Of a DNA stretch of 64,000 bases, positions 40,814-50,255 are shown piece after piece. Position 1 is the first letter of the stretch; the number at the start of each line of letters is the position of its first letter. The position numbers were made by a program, and so were the translations under genes. The stretch is from the NCBI GenBank assembly GCA_045863295.1, contig BTWA01000003.1, positions 192,001 to 256,000 on the forward strand, given 5' to 3'. Under the pieces are notes generated by a model that saw nothing but the letters and a program-made list of their open reading frames with translations, ran no database searches and was not told the DNA's origin. This DNA comes from Candidatus Hydrogenedentota bacterium. GTDB taxonomy: Bacteria; Hydrogenedentota; Hydrogenedentia; Hydrogenedentales; SLHB01.

Positions 40814-41863
40814 ATGAAGCGCAATAAGGGTTTCACCCTCATTGAATTGCTGGTGGTCATCGCGATCATCGGCATCTTGGCGGCGATTTTGCTGCCTGCC
40901 TTGGCCCGTGCTCGCGAAGCCGCGCGCCGCGCCAGCTGCCAAAACAACCTGAAGCAGACCGGTCTTGCGTTCAAAATGTTTGCCGGCGAGCACAAGGATC
41001 GTTGGGTTGCCCGTTACCTCCAGTACAACAGCGGTTCCGGTACGGACTTCTGGGGCAACTGGGACGGCTTCCAAATGATGCCGGAATACCTGTCTGACCC
41101 GTTCGTCACGCTGTGCCCCTCGGACGGTGAAGCCCACGCCGGTAAAAAGACCGCCGCGGACTTCCTGGGCAACGTGAGCCAGAACTGGGACGGCACGGTC
41201 GCTCCCTTCAACGCGTTTATTGACCGCATCCCGGCCGGCATCAAGTCGATTGCCGCGGCCCGTCGTGCGGCTGGTAACCCCAGCGTTTCCTGCAACAACC
41301 CGGCGGCTTCCAACTACCGTCCGGAGTTCTGCTACTACCGCATTCCCGACCTTTCCTATGTGTACTGGGGCTGGGCCATCAAGAAGAACTGGCTGAACAC
41401 GACCCAGGACTTCACGCACATGGGCGCAATTGACAGCGAATGCGCGAACATTTCCTTCTACCGCGCTGACGGTACGCAAGAGAATGTGGAAGAGTACGTC
41501 ACGGGTTCGACGGCCGCTGGCATCTCCGGTTCCAGCGTTGGCGATCCTCTTTCGGTTCCGTCCACGGGTGAAGAGTTCGCCCTGTTGGCGCTGAAGGAAG
41601 GCATCGAGCGCTTCTTCATCACCGACATCAACGCTCCGGGCGGCAGCAACGCCGCGCAGTCCGAATTGGTCGTGTACCACGACGCTGCGCACTCCGAAGC
41701 GGCTGAGTTGGATCCGAATGAATTCAACCACGTCCCCGGCGGTTCGAACATCCTGTTCATGGACGGCCACGTTGAATTCGCCCGCTACCCGCAGTCGGTT
41801 GGCAACAAGTTCTGGCCGCTGTACTCCGAAGGTGCGGTTGACGGCGTGTTCTACTTCCCCTGA
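40814..41863 (+). CDS. DUF1559 / prepilin-type protein with C-terminal H-X9-DG-type motif
   Basis: [44 protein letters not shown]...[12 protein letters not shown]...[16 protein letters not shown]. Confidence 0.92.
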   Translation: MKRNKGFTLIELLVVIAIIGILAAILLPALARAREAARRASCQNNLKQTGLAFKMFAGEHKDRWVARYLQYNSGSGTDFWGNWDGFQMMPEYLSDPFVTLCPSDGEAHAGKKTAADFLGNVSQNWDGTVAPFNAFIDRIPAGIKSIAAARRAAGNPSVSCNNPAASNYRPEFCYYRIPDLSYVYWGWAIKKNWLNTTQDFTHMGAIDSECANISFYRADGTQENVEEYVTGSTAAGISGSSVGDPLSVPSTGEEFALLALKEGIERFFITDINAPGGSNAAQSELVVYHDAAHSEAAELDPNEFNHVPGGSNILFMDGHVEFARYPQSVGNKFWPLYSEGAVDGVFYFP

Positions 41864-41898
41864 TCGCATGATCACGGCTTAGTAGCCTGACGTTAACA

Positions 41899-41932
41899 CG
41901 GGAGCCTGGGTTCGCCCAGGCTCCCGTTTTTT
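41899..41932 (+). terminator. Intrinsic terminator
   Basis: CGGGAGCCTGGG-TTCG-CCCAGGCTCCCG followed by TTTTTT. Confidence 0.9.
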
Positions 41933-41940
41933 GTTTCTTC

Positions 41941-42128
41941 CTCTGGAGTGCGGAAGCTTGCTTCCGCTTTGGATGAGCCAGCTTGCTGGCGTCGCATTCT
42001 GTACACGCCTTGTGCGTTATGTTCCAGCGGTAGTCAGGGCGTTTGCTTGCGAGGGTCCGGCATTGGGGTGGGCACGCGGGAGCAAGCTCCCTTGGGTAAA
42101 GCGGAAGCAAGCTTCCGCACTCCAAAGA
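41941..42128 (+). repeat. Single complete copy of the long GCTTGC-hairpin repeat (REPIN/MITE-like, about 185 bp)
   Basis: Terminal inverted GGAGTGCGGAAGCTTGCTTCCGCTTT / AAAGCGGAAGCAAGCTTCCGCACTCC; internal GCCAGCTTGCTGGC and GGGAGCAAGCTCCC. Confidence 0.9.
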
Positions 42129-42134
42129 GCGCAT

Positions 42135-42899
42135 TTACTTCGGCAGAATCCAAATCACACAGCGGTAGGCCGTACCCCACCGCATCGCGCAGAGGACAGG
42201 CGTTATCAGCCGTAGCGCCGCCTGGGCAACGGCATTGCCCCGGCCGGGCCAGTTGCCCATCAGCACAAGCCACATCCACGTCCAAAGGCGCACGGGGACA
42301 TTGCTTTCCATCGAGATTCGCCGTGCGTCCCCAGCGGCGCCTTCGAATTGGCGGGCAATAGCTTTGGCATCGGGCAAGCCCATAGTGCGGTGTTCCTCGA
42401 GCCAACGGATGGACCCGCCGGTAAACCGGCGATGCGCTTCCCGAACCGTTTCTTCCGCGCGGCGTGCGTGCTCGCCGGATGGAAATGCGACGACGGCGGC
42501 GCCGTCACCGTGCAAAACGCGCAGGATGGAGACAGTGGCCGCGGCGCGCGCGGTGTCCGGCAGGTGCTCGAACGTGTCCACGCACACGCACAGATCGAAC
42601 GCTCCATCGGCGAACGGCAAGTGCGCGATATCGGCCGCGACCGGCACGACGCGTTGTGCCCCGCGCGCGGCTTTGAGGTGGTCCACGGCCACGTCCACCG
42701 CGATCACGCGACGTCCGCTGAACCGGGAGAGGCCGTTTTCATTCGCGCCGATCTCGAGGATGCGGCCATCCAGGCGATTCATACGGCGCAGCCGGCGCAC
42801 GATGGGGACATAACGCATCGCCCAATCGGGATAGCCTCGCCCATCCTTTTCGGCATATGCGCGCAACCACCGCGCGATGGATTCGGTGAATCGTTTCAT
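42135..42899 (-). CDS. Class I SAM-dependent methyltransferase
   Basis: ILEIGAN, AVD, ADIAHLPFADGAFD, FEHL. Confidence 0.85.
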   Translation of the reverse strand: MKRFTESIARWLRAYAEKDGRGYPDWAMRYVPIVRRLRRMNRLDGRILEIGANENGLSRFSGRRVIAVDVAVDHLKAARGAQRVVPVAADIAHLPFADGAFDLCVCVDTFEHLPDTARAAATVSILRVLHGDGAAVVAFPSGEHARRAEETVREAHRRFTGGSIRWLEEHRTMGLPDAKAIARQFEGAAGDARRISMESNVPVRLWTWMWLVLMGNWPGRGNAVAQAALRLITPVLCAMRWGTAYRCVIWILPK

Positions 42900-42943
42900 G
42901 CGGCAAGATATATCACGGATCCATCCGAGGATTACACGGAATA

Positions 42944-43438
42944 CTCTGGAGTGCGGAAGCTTGCTTCCGCCTTGGATGAGCCAGCTTGCTGGCGTCGCAT
43001 TCTGTGCATGCTTTGTGCGTAATGCTTCAGCGGGTGTCAGGGCGTTTGCTTGCGAGGGATTGGCGTTTGGGGTGTGCACGCGGGAGCAAGCTCCCTTGGG
43101 TAAAGCGGAAGCAAGCTTTCGCTTTAGATGAGCCAGCATGCTGGCGTCGCATTCTGTGCATGCTTTGTGCGTAATGCTTCAGCGGGTGTCAGGGCGTTTG
43201 CTTGCGAGGGAATGGCATTGGGGTGTGCACGCGGGAGCAAGCTCCCTTGGGCAAAAGCGGAAGCAAGCTTCCGCAGGCCAGAGATGAGCCGGCTTACTGG
43301 CGTCGCATTCTGTGCATGCTTTGTGCGTTATGCTTTAGCGGTTGTCAGGGCGTTTGCTTGCGAGCGCGCGGCATTGGGGTGTGCACACGGGAGCAAGCTC
43401 CCTTAGGCAGGGCGGAAGCAAGCTTCCGCAGGCCAGAG
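42944..43438 (+). repeat. Three tandem units (about 152-156 bp period) of the long GCTTGC-hairpin repeat
   Basis: GATGAGCC...GGCGTCGCATTCTGTGCATGCTTTGTGCGT...GGGAGCAAGCTCCC...GCGGAAGCAAGCTT recurs from about 42976, 43127 and 43283. Confidence 0.9.
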
Positions 43439-43444
43439 TGCGCA

Positions 43445-43563
43445 TTTGACCCCAACGGGGTCAAACATACTAGCCTAGGGCAAAGTTCGCCCGCGCGGAG
43501 CGAGGAGAACGCCGCCCTAGGAAACGAGGCCCCCATGCTCCCCACTCTGAAGGAGTGGCACAA
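43445..43563 (-). repeat. Variant of the three-hairpin REP-like family
   Basis: TTTGACCCCAACGGGGTCAAA, CCTAGGGC...GCCCTAGG, CCACTCTGAAGGAGTGG. Confidence 0.6.
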
Positions 43564-43764
43564 TGTGTTACGACCTTCGGATGCGGCCCGGTCGTGCACA
43601 CGCGGCAGGTCTCCTCGCTCAAAACGTTTCGAAATCTGTGCGGGCTGCAGCCTCCCAGCATCAACCGGCCGGCAACGACAGTGTGCTTCCCGTGGCGGGA
43701 GGCATTATAATGCGGATTCGAACGGTAGTTGGCGCGGAATAGCCCAAGGAGGAGGATCGATCCG

Positions 43765-44589
43765 ATGTTTGCAGCGATTGGCAGGTGGTTCCGGGCGTTG
43801 GGCTATTTGTTTACGGGCAAGATCGATTCATCCCGACGCGGCATGGATCTGAATCCGCACGTGATCCGCGCGAAATACGAAGACATCATCCGTGCGAAAA
43901 CCAGTCAGATTCACACGTATAAGCAGGCCATGGCGACGCTGATTGCACAGCAGGTGCAGAAAATGGCCAAGGTGAAGCAACTCACTGATGACGTGAAGCA
44001 CCTGGAAAACCTGAAATCCGGCGCGTTGGCCAAGGCGAAGAAGACAGTGGAAGAACTGAAGGCCAAGGGCCAGCCCGAAGAAACCATCAAGACGCACGAG
44101 GATTACCTGAAGTGCCTCTCGGCGTTCAACGATTTCAGCTCCACATTGAACGAGAAGCAGGAACGCATCGCGGAGTTGGAAGAAGATCTGGGCGAATACG
44201 GAAAGCGCATCAGTGAACACAAACTGCAGTTGCAGTCACTGCTCCGCGATGTGGACAAACTGCGTTCGGAATCGGCGGACGCGGTGGCGGAAGTCATCAC
44301 GGCGAAGGAAGAAAAGGAAATTGCCGAGTCCATTGCCGGCATCGCGCAGGATGGAACTGCCGAGGAATTGCAGCGGTTGCGCCAGATGCGCCAGGAAGTC
44401 AAGGCGGAAGCCCGCGTGACGCGCGAATTGGCGGGCACGACGACGCGCGCGCAAGAGGAAGAATTCATTGCGTATGCGCGGCAGTCGGAAGGCAGCAGCG
44501 AATTCGATCAACTGATCGGCCTGGCGGAAAAGGCCGACACGGCGGCCCCGGAACAGGCCCCCGCCGAAACCGAACGCCTGCCGGAATGA
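43765..44589 (+). CDS. PspA/IM30 (Vipp1; ESCRT-III superfamily)-like coiled-coil protein
   Basis: N-terminal amphipathic helix MFAAIGRWFRALGYLF, conserved-position Pro (NPH), long helical hairpin, acidic tail; AAGGAGGAGG RBS, TATAAT at 43706. Confidence 0.75.
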   Translation: MFAAIGRWFRALGYLFTGKIDSSRRGMDLNPHVIRAKYEDIIRAKTSQIHTYKQAMATLIAQQVQKMAKVKQLTDDVKHLENLKSGALAKAKKTVEELKAKGQPEETIKTHEDYLKCLSAFNDFSSTLNEKQERIAELEEDLGEYGKRISEHKLQLQSLLRDVDKLRSESADAVAEVITAKEEKEIAESIAGIAQDGTAEELQRLRQMRQEVKAEARVTRELAGTTTRAQEEEFIAYARQSEGSSEFDQLIGLAEKADTAAPEQAPAETERLPE

Positions 44590-44610
44590 TCGGCCCGGAC
44601 AGGGAATTTC

Positions 44611-46431
44611 ATGCAGCCTGACTACCCATTTTTGCGCACCGCGGGCCGGATACTGAACGCGGGCCAGGCGCGGACGATTTTGTTTACGGGCAACATCCAC
44701 GATCTCTTCCGTGTGGAAAAGCCCGACGGGCAAATCGACTACGTCCCGCTGATCGAATACCTCATCGCCAAGTGGAACCTGCCGCAATACATGCTGCTGG
44801 TCTATGAATTGAACGGACCCATCCGGTTCGTCAATGAAAGTGACCGGCCCATTCTTCGCGACGCGTGGTTGCGCTGGCGGGTCGGCCTGACAGGCGATCA
44901 GCTTGCCATCAAACGCGTAACCGAGTCCGTGCGCACGACGCAGGATCAGGATGCCGCGGCGCGCGCGTACGACGCCAACCTGCAGTCCGCCGTCGGCAAC
45001 GCGACCGTGGCGCTGGAACTGCTGCGGCAGATGTGCTTGTGTTCGCGCACGCGAATCGACGGCAAACCCGCGCTCGACAAAAACCTGATCATCTTGATCG
45101 AAGCCGGTGATCTGCTGGTGCCCGAAGGCGAAATTACCCGCCTGTCGGACGCGGACCGCCGGCGCGTCAGCATTTGCCACGACTGGTTTTCCGATCCCGG
45201 CTTCACGAACGGGGGCGATTCGGTGGTTGTCTTTGCGGAATCGCGCAGCCAATTGAACCAGCGCATCGCGGGCCTCCCCCATGTGCTGGAATCCTCCGTG
45301 CCCTCTCCCGACGAAGCCGCGCGCAAGGAATTCATCTCCTGGTTCAATCAGCGCCAGCCGGAAATCGCGAAAGCACGGCTGTGGTCGACCGAGGACGACC
45401 TTGCGAAGTACACGGCGGGGTTGTCGTTGCACGCGTTGAACCAACTGTTGAAGGGCGCGGCCTACCAGCGGGAGCCGCTTTCGCTCGATCACGTCGTGGC
45501 CAAAGTCGAGGAATTTATCCAAAGCCAATTGGGCGAAGATGTCGTGGAGTTCAAGAAGCCCTCGCACACCCTGGACGACGTGGTCGGATTTTCGCGCCTG
45601 AAGCATTTCCTGCGCACGGAACTAATCCCCCGCTTTCAATCCACCGGACCGGACGCGCTTCCCGGTGCGGCCGTGGCCGGGCCCATTGGCGGCGGCAAGA
45701 CGTTTATATTCGAAGCGGTCGCGTCGGAACTGGACATGGTGGTGCTGGTGATCAAGAACATCCGCAGCCAGTGGTTCGGCCAGACCGATGTGATCTTCGA
45801 GCGGTTGAAGCGCGTGCTCGAAGCGCTGTCGAAAGTGCTCATCTTCGTCGATGAAGCGGACACGCAATTCGGCGCCATTGGCCCCGAGGCACACGACACC
45901 GAGCGCCGCCTGACTGGCAAGATTCAGCAACTCATGTCCGACCCGCGCACGCGCGGACGGGTCATCTGGTTGCTGATGACCGCGCGCATTCATTTGTTGT
46001 CCCCGGACATCCGCCGCCCAGGGCGCGTGGGCGATCTCATCATTCCCGTGCTTGACCCCGAAGGGGCCGATCGCGAAGCGTTTTTACGCTGGGTGGTAAA
46101 AGATGTCGTCGCGGGGGAACTGGACACAGCCCAGTTGGAACGGTTGTCCGATGCGACCATCAATTACTCGGCGGCGAGTTTCGCATCGCTGCGATCCGAA
46201 CTGCGCGCGCAGACGAAAGTAGCCGGGGGATCGCTTCCATTCGAACGCGTCCTCGAACGGGTCAACGACATGCTGCCCGCGGATATCCGGGAGACGCGTG
46301 AATACCAGGAATTGCAGGCCCTGGTGAACTGCACCCGCCGCAGCCTCCTCCCCGATCCCACCATCGACGAAAGTCAGCGCGCCGCCTGGGCCGCCGAACT
46401 CCGCAAACTCGAATCCAAAGGCATCCGCTAA
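44611..46431 (+). CDS. AAA+ ATPase of the SpoVK/Ycf46/Vps4 group, with a degenerate N-terminal AAA module
   Basis: LDDVVG, GPIGGGKT, pore loop SQWFG, IFVDEAD, RRPGR. The N-half has a relic Walker A/B (ILFTGNIHD, IILIEAGD). Confidence 0.88.
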   Translation: MQPDYPFLRTAGRILNAGQARTILFTGNIHDLFRVEKPDGQIDYVPLIEYLIAKWNLPQYMLLVYELNGPIRFVNESDRPILRDAWLRWRVGLTGDQLAIKRVTESVRTTQDQDAAARAYDANLQSAVGNATVALELLRQMCLCSRTRIDGKPALDKNLIILIEAGDLLVPEGEITRLSDADRRRVSICHDWFSDPGFTNGGDSVVVFAESRSQLNQRIAGLPHVLESSVPSPDEAARKEFISWFNQRQPEIAKARLWSTEDDLAKYTAGLSLHALNQLLKGAAYQREPLSLDHVVAKVEEFIQSQLGEDVVEFKKPSHTLDDVVGFSRLKHFLRTELIPRFQSTGPDALPGAAVAGPIGGGKTFIFEAVASELDMVVLVIKNIRSQWFGQTDVIFERLKRVLEALSKVLIFVDEADTQFGAIGPEAHDTERRLTGKIQQLMSDPRTRGRVIWLLMTARIHLLSPDIRRPGRVGDLIIPVLDPEGADREAFLRWVVKDVVAGELDTAQLERLSDATINYSAASFASLRSELRAQTKVAGGSLPFERVLERVNDMLPADIRETREYQELQALVNCTRRSLLPDPTIDESQRAAWAAELRKLESKGIR

Positions 46432-46432
46432 C

Positions 46433-46759
46433 TCTCTGGCCTGCCGAATCGTGCTTCCGCGTGCACACCGAAACGCCAAGCCTACACAAGCAGACGCCCT
46501 GATAAACGCGGAAACAAATCGCACGATCCGTCCACAGAATGCGACGCCAGCAAGCTGGCTCATCTCTGGCCTGCGGAAGCTTGCTTCCGCTTTACCTAAG
46601 GGAGCTTGCTCCCGGGTGCACACCCAAATGCCGGACCCTCGCAAGCAAACGCCCTGACAAACGCTAAAACATAACGCATAAGGCGTGTTCAGAATGCGAC
46701 GCCAGCGAGCTGGCTCATCTAAAGCGGAAGCAAGCTTCCGCAGGCCAGGGAGCTTGCTC
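46433..46759 (-). repeat. Two units of the long GCTTGC-hairpin repeat, opposite orientation to 42944-43438
   Basis: AGAATGCGACGCCAGC.AGCTGGCTCATCT occurs twice; GCGGAAGCTTGCTTCCGC; GGGAGCTTGCTCCC. Confidence 0.88.
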
Positions 46760-46786
46760 ACTTGCGCGCGCATTTAGCCCGCGTGT

Positions 46787-47188
46787 TCAGGGTCTTTCAA
46801 TCCACGTGGGCTCCCAGAGATGTCCGTCCGGGTCTTCCACTTCGTACATCGCCATGGCGCCCTCGGGCGCATCCGTGTCCACGCGGTAATAATTGCCGCC
46901 GTGTGCCTTGGCGGTTTCCGCAAACGCCTCCACCGCTTCTCTTGACTCCAACGACAGTCCAAATATCGCGGCATTGGTCTTGCGCGTGTCCGCGACTTCA
47001 CGCCCCCTGACGAATCGCCTATACGCTTCTCCGGTCCACAACATGATCCAAATACCATGGCGCCACGAGAGGCTGCACGCGCTCCCGTCCGAGCACCCGG
47101 CGTCCTTCACAAATCCGAGTGCTTCGTAAAATGCCATCGACCGTGTTAAATCGCTAACCGGCAAGTGAATGACGATATGGGTGCTCAT
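46787..47188 (-). CDS. VOC/glyoxalase family protein
   Basis: LPVSDLTRSMAFYEALGF...EDPDGHLWE. Confidence 0.9.
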   Translation of the reverse strand: MSTHIVIHLPVSDLTRSMAFYEALGFVKDAGCSDGSACSLSWRHGIWIMLWTGEAYRRFVRGREVADTRKTNAAIFGLSLESREAVEAFAETAKAHGGNYYRVDTDAPEGAMAMYEVEDPDGHLWEPTWIERP

Positions 47189-47322
47189 GCGGCGAATTGT
47201 ACCGTACCCCACCTTCCCGCGGAAAACCATCCCGCCTAGGCAGATTGCATTCCGGCCGCAAACTACATGTTGCTCCATTGCCGAAAAAACGCTAAGGTAC
47301 CCCTTTCTACCGGGAGAGGCTC

Positions 47323-48267
47323 ATGAAGAACCAGTTTGTCGATACGCTCCAAGACGGCGATATCGTCAATGATTACTTTATCGCGGCGCGCAAGGATCTA
47401 AGGGATCAGACCAAGGGCGGAAAGTTCTTGGGAATGGTGTTCCGCGATCGAACGGGCGATGTAGGCGGCGTATTGTGGAACAATGCCCAGAATGTGGCAA
47501 AACTGTTCGCCGTCGGCGACGTGGTGCAGGTGCGCGGGACGGTGCAGACGTATCAGGACCGGATGCAAATCCGCGTGGATCAAGTGTTGCCCATGCGCGA
47601 CGAGGAGTACGACCCCGCAGATTTGGTCGCGGCGGTGCAGAATTCCAGCGAGATTTTAACGGAATTTCAAGCCTTGCTCGGCACCATCAAGAACGAATGG
47701 CTGCGCAAGCTGGTGGATGCTTTCTGGGCGGACGCGGATTTCAGCGCGAAGTTTGAGCGCGCGGCGGCCGGAAAACGCTGGCACCACGGCTATCGGGGCG
47801 GCCTGTTGCAGCATTGCCTGGAACTGGCCAAACTCGCGGATGCTACCGCGGCGGTGTTCCCGAGGATTGATCGCGATCTCCTGCTCACCAGCGTGTTGAT
47901 TCACGACATCGGCAAAATCGAGGAATTGAGTGACGAATTGTGCGTAGAGTACACGACACCCGGAAAGCTCCTCGGTCACCTCGCCATCGGCTATGAGATG
48001 GCCAACCGGAAGATGAATGCCATTCCCGGTTTTCCGGAGACAATCCGGATACAACTGCTCCACTGCATTCTCTCCCATCACGGATCGAATGAATTCGGAT
48101 CGCCGGTGGTGCCCAAAACGCTGGAAGCCGTCGCGCTGCACCACATCGACAACCTCGGCGCGCAACTAAACGCTGTCGCCCGTATTGTCGACGAGACCAG
48201 GGGCAAGGGCCAGGCGTGGTCCGACTACCAGCCGCTCATTGAACGGGAGATTTGGACGAAGGAATAG
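47323..48267 (+). CDS. yhaM: YhaM/Cbf1-like 3'-5' exoribonuclease (OB plus HD domains)
   Basis: DRTG, HHGYRGGLLQH, HDIGK, GKLLGH, ILSHHG..EFGSP..PKTLEA. Confidence 0.85.
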   Translation: MKNQFVDTLQDGDIVNDYFIAARKDLRDQTKGGKFLGMVFRDRTGDVGGVLWNNAQNVAKLFAVGDVVQVRGTVQTYQDRMQIRVDQVLPMRDEEYDPADLVAAVQNSSEILTEFQALLGTIKNEWLRKLVDAFWADADFSAKFERAAAGKRWHHGYRGGLLQHCLELAKLADATAAVFPRIDRDLLLTSVLIHDIGKIEELSDELCVEYTTPGKLLGHLAIGYEMANRKMNAIPGFPETIRIQLLHCILSHHGSNEFGSPVVPKTLEAVALHHIDNLGAQLNAVARIVDETRGKGQAWSDYQPLIEREIWTKE

Positions 48268-48311
48268 ACTTTGTCCGGCTGCGAAGCCGCGAATCGCGAG
48301 TGCCCTCGACC

Positions 48312-49097
48312 ATGGAAACCCCACATCGATCCGTCGTGTCGGTCTTGACGTTTGTGCGTGATGAGTTGGCGTCGTTGTCGCGCCAATTGGGCGCGTTGAC
48401 GCCGTACGAAGTGAGCCATGCCGTGCCGGAACTGGACACCCGCCTGCGCCGGGTGTACGAAGGCCTGGAAGCGTGCCGGAAATACGTGGCGCTGCACCGG
48501 CCGCCGGAATGCCGCTACTACAAACCCGCGGAAACCATTCGTTCGATCAAGGGAACGCTGTCGGCTTCCCCTTTCACCATCGACGTGCAGGCGAACCGGG
48601 AATGCTACGGCGATCCCGATCAAATCGGCGAAATTCTGAAAATCATGGTACGTAGTCTTCCACCCACGCAGGGCGGTGTCACCGTGGAATTGCTGCTGGC
48701 ATCTGTTCAGCCCAAGATCGTGGTCAGCGTGGACGGCGAGGCCCGGTTTCCCGAAACGTTCGTGATCGAAGGCATGATTGCGGTCACACTGCGCGAGATG
48801 GGACGGTGCTGGATTGGCGCCACGCACGGCGGACACATTCACGAAGCCGCCGACGGCGCCGTGCTCTATCTCGAAGGCAATGCCACGGTACCCGATCAGA
48901 ATGCCGACATGAGCGCGTTGCAGGTGCCGCTGGATGTGGCGACGCGCAAGCTCACTGCGTGGCGCGGGGCGATCGGCCAATACGAGGAAGGCCTGGTTGC
49001 ACCGGAGGAAGTCATTACGCTCTACGCGAAAAACGTGGATCAGGTGTTGGAACTGGTGGCCCCCGCCGTCGATGCGGCGCGATCACTGGAGTTGTGA
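48312..49097 (+). CDS. Hypothetical protein resembling a degenerate histidine-kinase core
   Basis: GDPDQIGEILKIMV..GGVTVEL..IVVSVDG spacing is HATPase-like, but the catalytic boxes are missing. Confidence 0.5.
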   Translation: METPHRSVVSVLTFVRDELASLSRQLGALTPYEVSHAVPELDTRLRRVYEGLEACRKYVALHRPPECRYYKPAETIRSIKGTLSASPFTIDVQANRECYGDPDQIGEILKIMVRSLPPTQGGVTVELLLASVQPKIVVSVDGEARFPETFVIEGMIAVTLREMGRCWIGATHGGHIHEAADGAVLYLEGNATVPDQNADMSALQVPLDVATRKLTAWRGAIGQYEEGLVAPEEVITLYAKNVDQVLELVAPAVDAARSLEL

Positions 49098-49121
49098 CCC
49101 AGACGCGGCTGGATGTCGCGT

Positions 49122-50231
49122 CTACTTCAGCCGCTTCACTGTGCCCGCTCTAATCGCCCTGCCTCGATCCGCGCTGGCCACCGCGGCGAAGCAGAGGGCC
49201 AGGCTGTCGAGATTGGCGCGCGCGTGGTGCAATGGTTGCCGGTTCTCGGCAATGCTGTTCAAGAGTTCCGCCATGGCCCCGTGAAAGCCGTCGGGAAACC
49301 AGGTGCCTTTCAGTCTCGGCGAGGCGATGCCCCGGCTGGAGTACATCGATACCGCCTGCTTGCTGAGGCTTGGCCCGACGCTGCGCAACAGCCCCAGTGT
49401 GCCTGCCACGTCGGTGCGATCTTCCTGGCCCAGAGGCGTATCGCCATTCAAGCCCAACGTAGCGACGCCGTCTTCGAACTCGACGACCGCGTGACCGATC
49501 AACGGCGGCGCGGGCCGCTGACTTCGCGATCGCGCGATCGACGCATAGACCTGAATGGCCTTTCTCCCGGTAAAGAAAACGGCGGCCATGTCAAACCAGT
49601 GAATCGCGAAATCGTAGAGCAACAAGTGGCGCTCGTTATTGAAGACCGTGTTCACAACCCAGTTGTGATCCCAGTGCAGCGTGAAATCCACGGTGTTCAC
49701 GTCGCCGATGCAGCCGGCTTTCACGGCTTCGCGCATGTACGCGAAATGCGGCGCCCACCGGCCATTCTGATTCACGGCGAGCCGCACGCCTTTGGCGTCG
49801 GCCAGATCGGCAAGCCGCGCGCCTTCATTCAGATCGAGAACAAAGGGCTTCTGCGAGAGCACGTGCTTGCCCGCGCGAATCGCGGCACGAATGATCTCAG
49901 GCCGGCCGTGCGGATGCGTGGCCACGTCGACCACCTCAATGCCGGTGTGCTTGATCAGGTCGCGGTATTCCGTGTAGACGGCCGCCTTGGGGTAGTACGT
50001 TTTTCGACGGGCCTCGGCTTTGGCGCGGTCCACGTCGCAAAGCGCGACGACGCGCAGACCGGCTTTCGTGTAGGCGTTCAGATGCTGTTCCGTGATGCCG
50101 CCGCAGCCGATGAGGCCGATATCCGGCGAAAAGTTTTTGGGTACCTGCGGACGGTACGGGAGATCGGGTGCGGCGATTGTGCGCAGGCTGGTTTGAGGAC
50201 TAAGGCCGTAGGTCGCTTTCGTCTTCGCCAT
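49122..50231 (-). CDS. Gfo/Idh/MocA family oxidoreductase
   Basis: IGCGGI, SQKPF, NQNGRW, DFAIHWFD. Confidence 0.9.
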   Translation of the reverse strand: MAKTKATYGLSPQTSLRTIAAPDLPYRPQVPKNFSPDIGLIGCGGITEQHLNAYTKAGLRVVALCDVDRAKAEARRKTYYPKAAVYTEYRDLIKHTGIEVVDVATHPHGRPEIIRAAIRAGKHVLSQKPFVLDLNEGARLADLADAKGVRLAVNQNGRWAPHFAYMREAVKAGCIGDVNTVDFTLHWDHNWVVNTVFNNERHLLLYDFAIHWFDMAAVFFTGRKAIQVYASIARSRSQRPAPPLIGHAVVEFEDGVATLGLNGDTPLGQEDRTDVAGTLGLLRSVGPSLSKQAVSMYSSRGIASPRLKGTWFPDGFHGAMAELLNSIAENRQPLHHARANLDSLALCFAAVASADRGRAIRAGTVKRLK

Positions 50232-50255
50232 GCGCCTGTTCTCCAGCGCGGTTCG

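Noticed and set aside
42944..43438. CRISPR array
   Set aside because: The period is about 155 bp, the intervening sequences are near-identical rather than unique spacers, and no cas genes are present
41757..43852. Short ORFs with recurring LECGSLLP / RKLASAL peptides
   Set aside because: They are translations of the DNA repeat. The 5' extension of the methyltransferase ORF to 43139 is the same artefact
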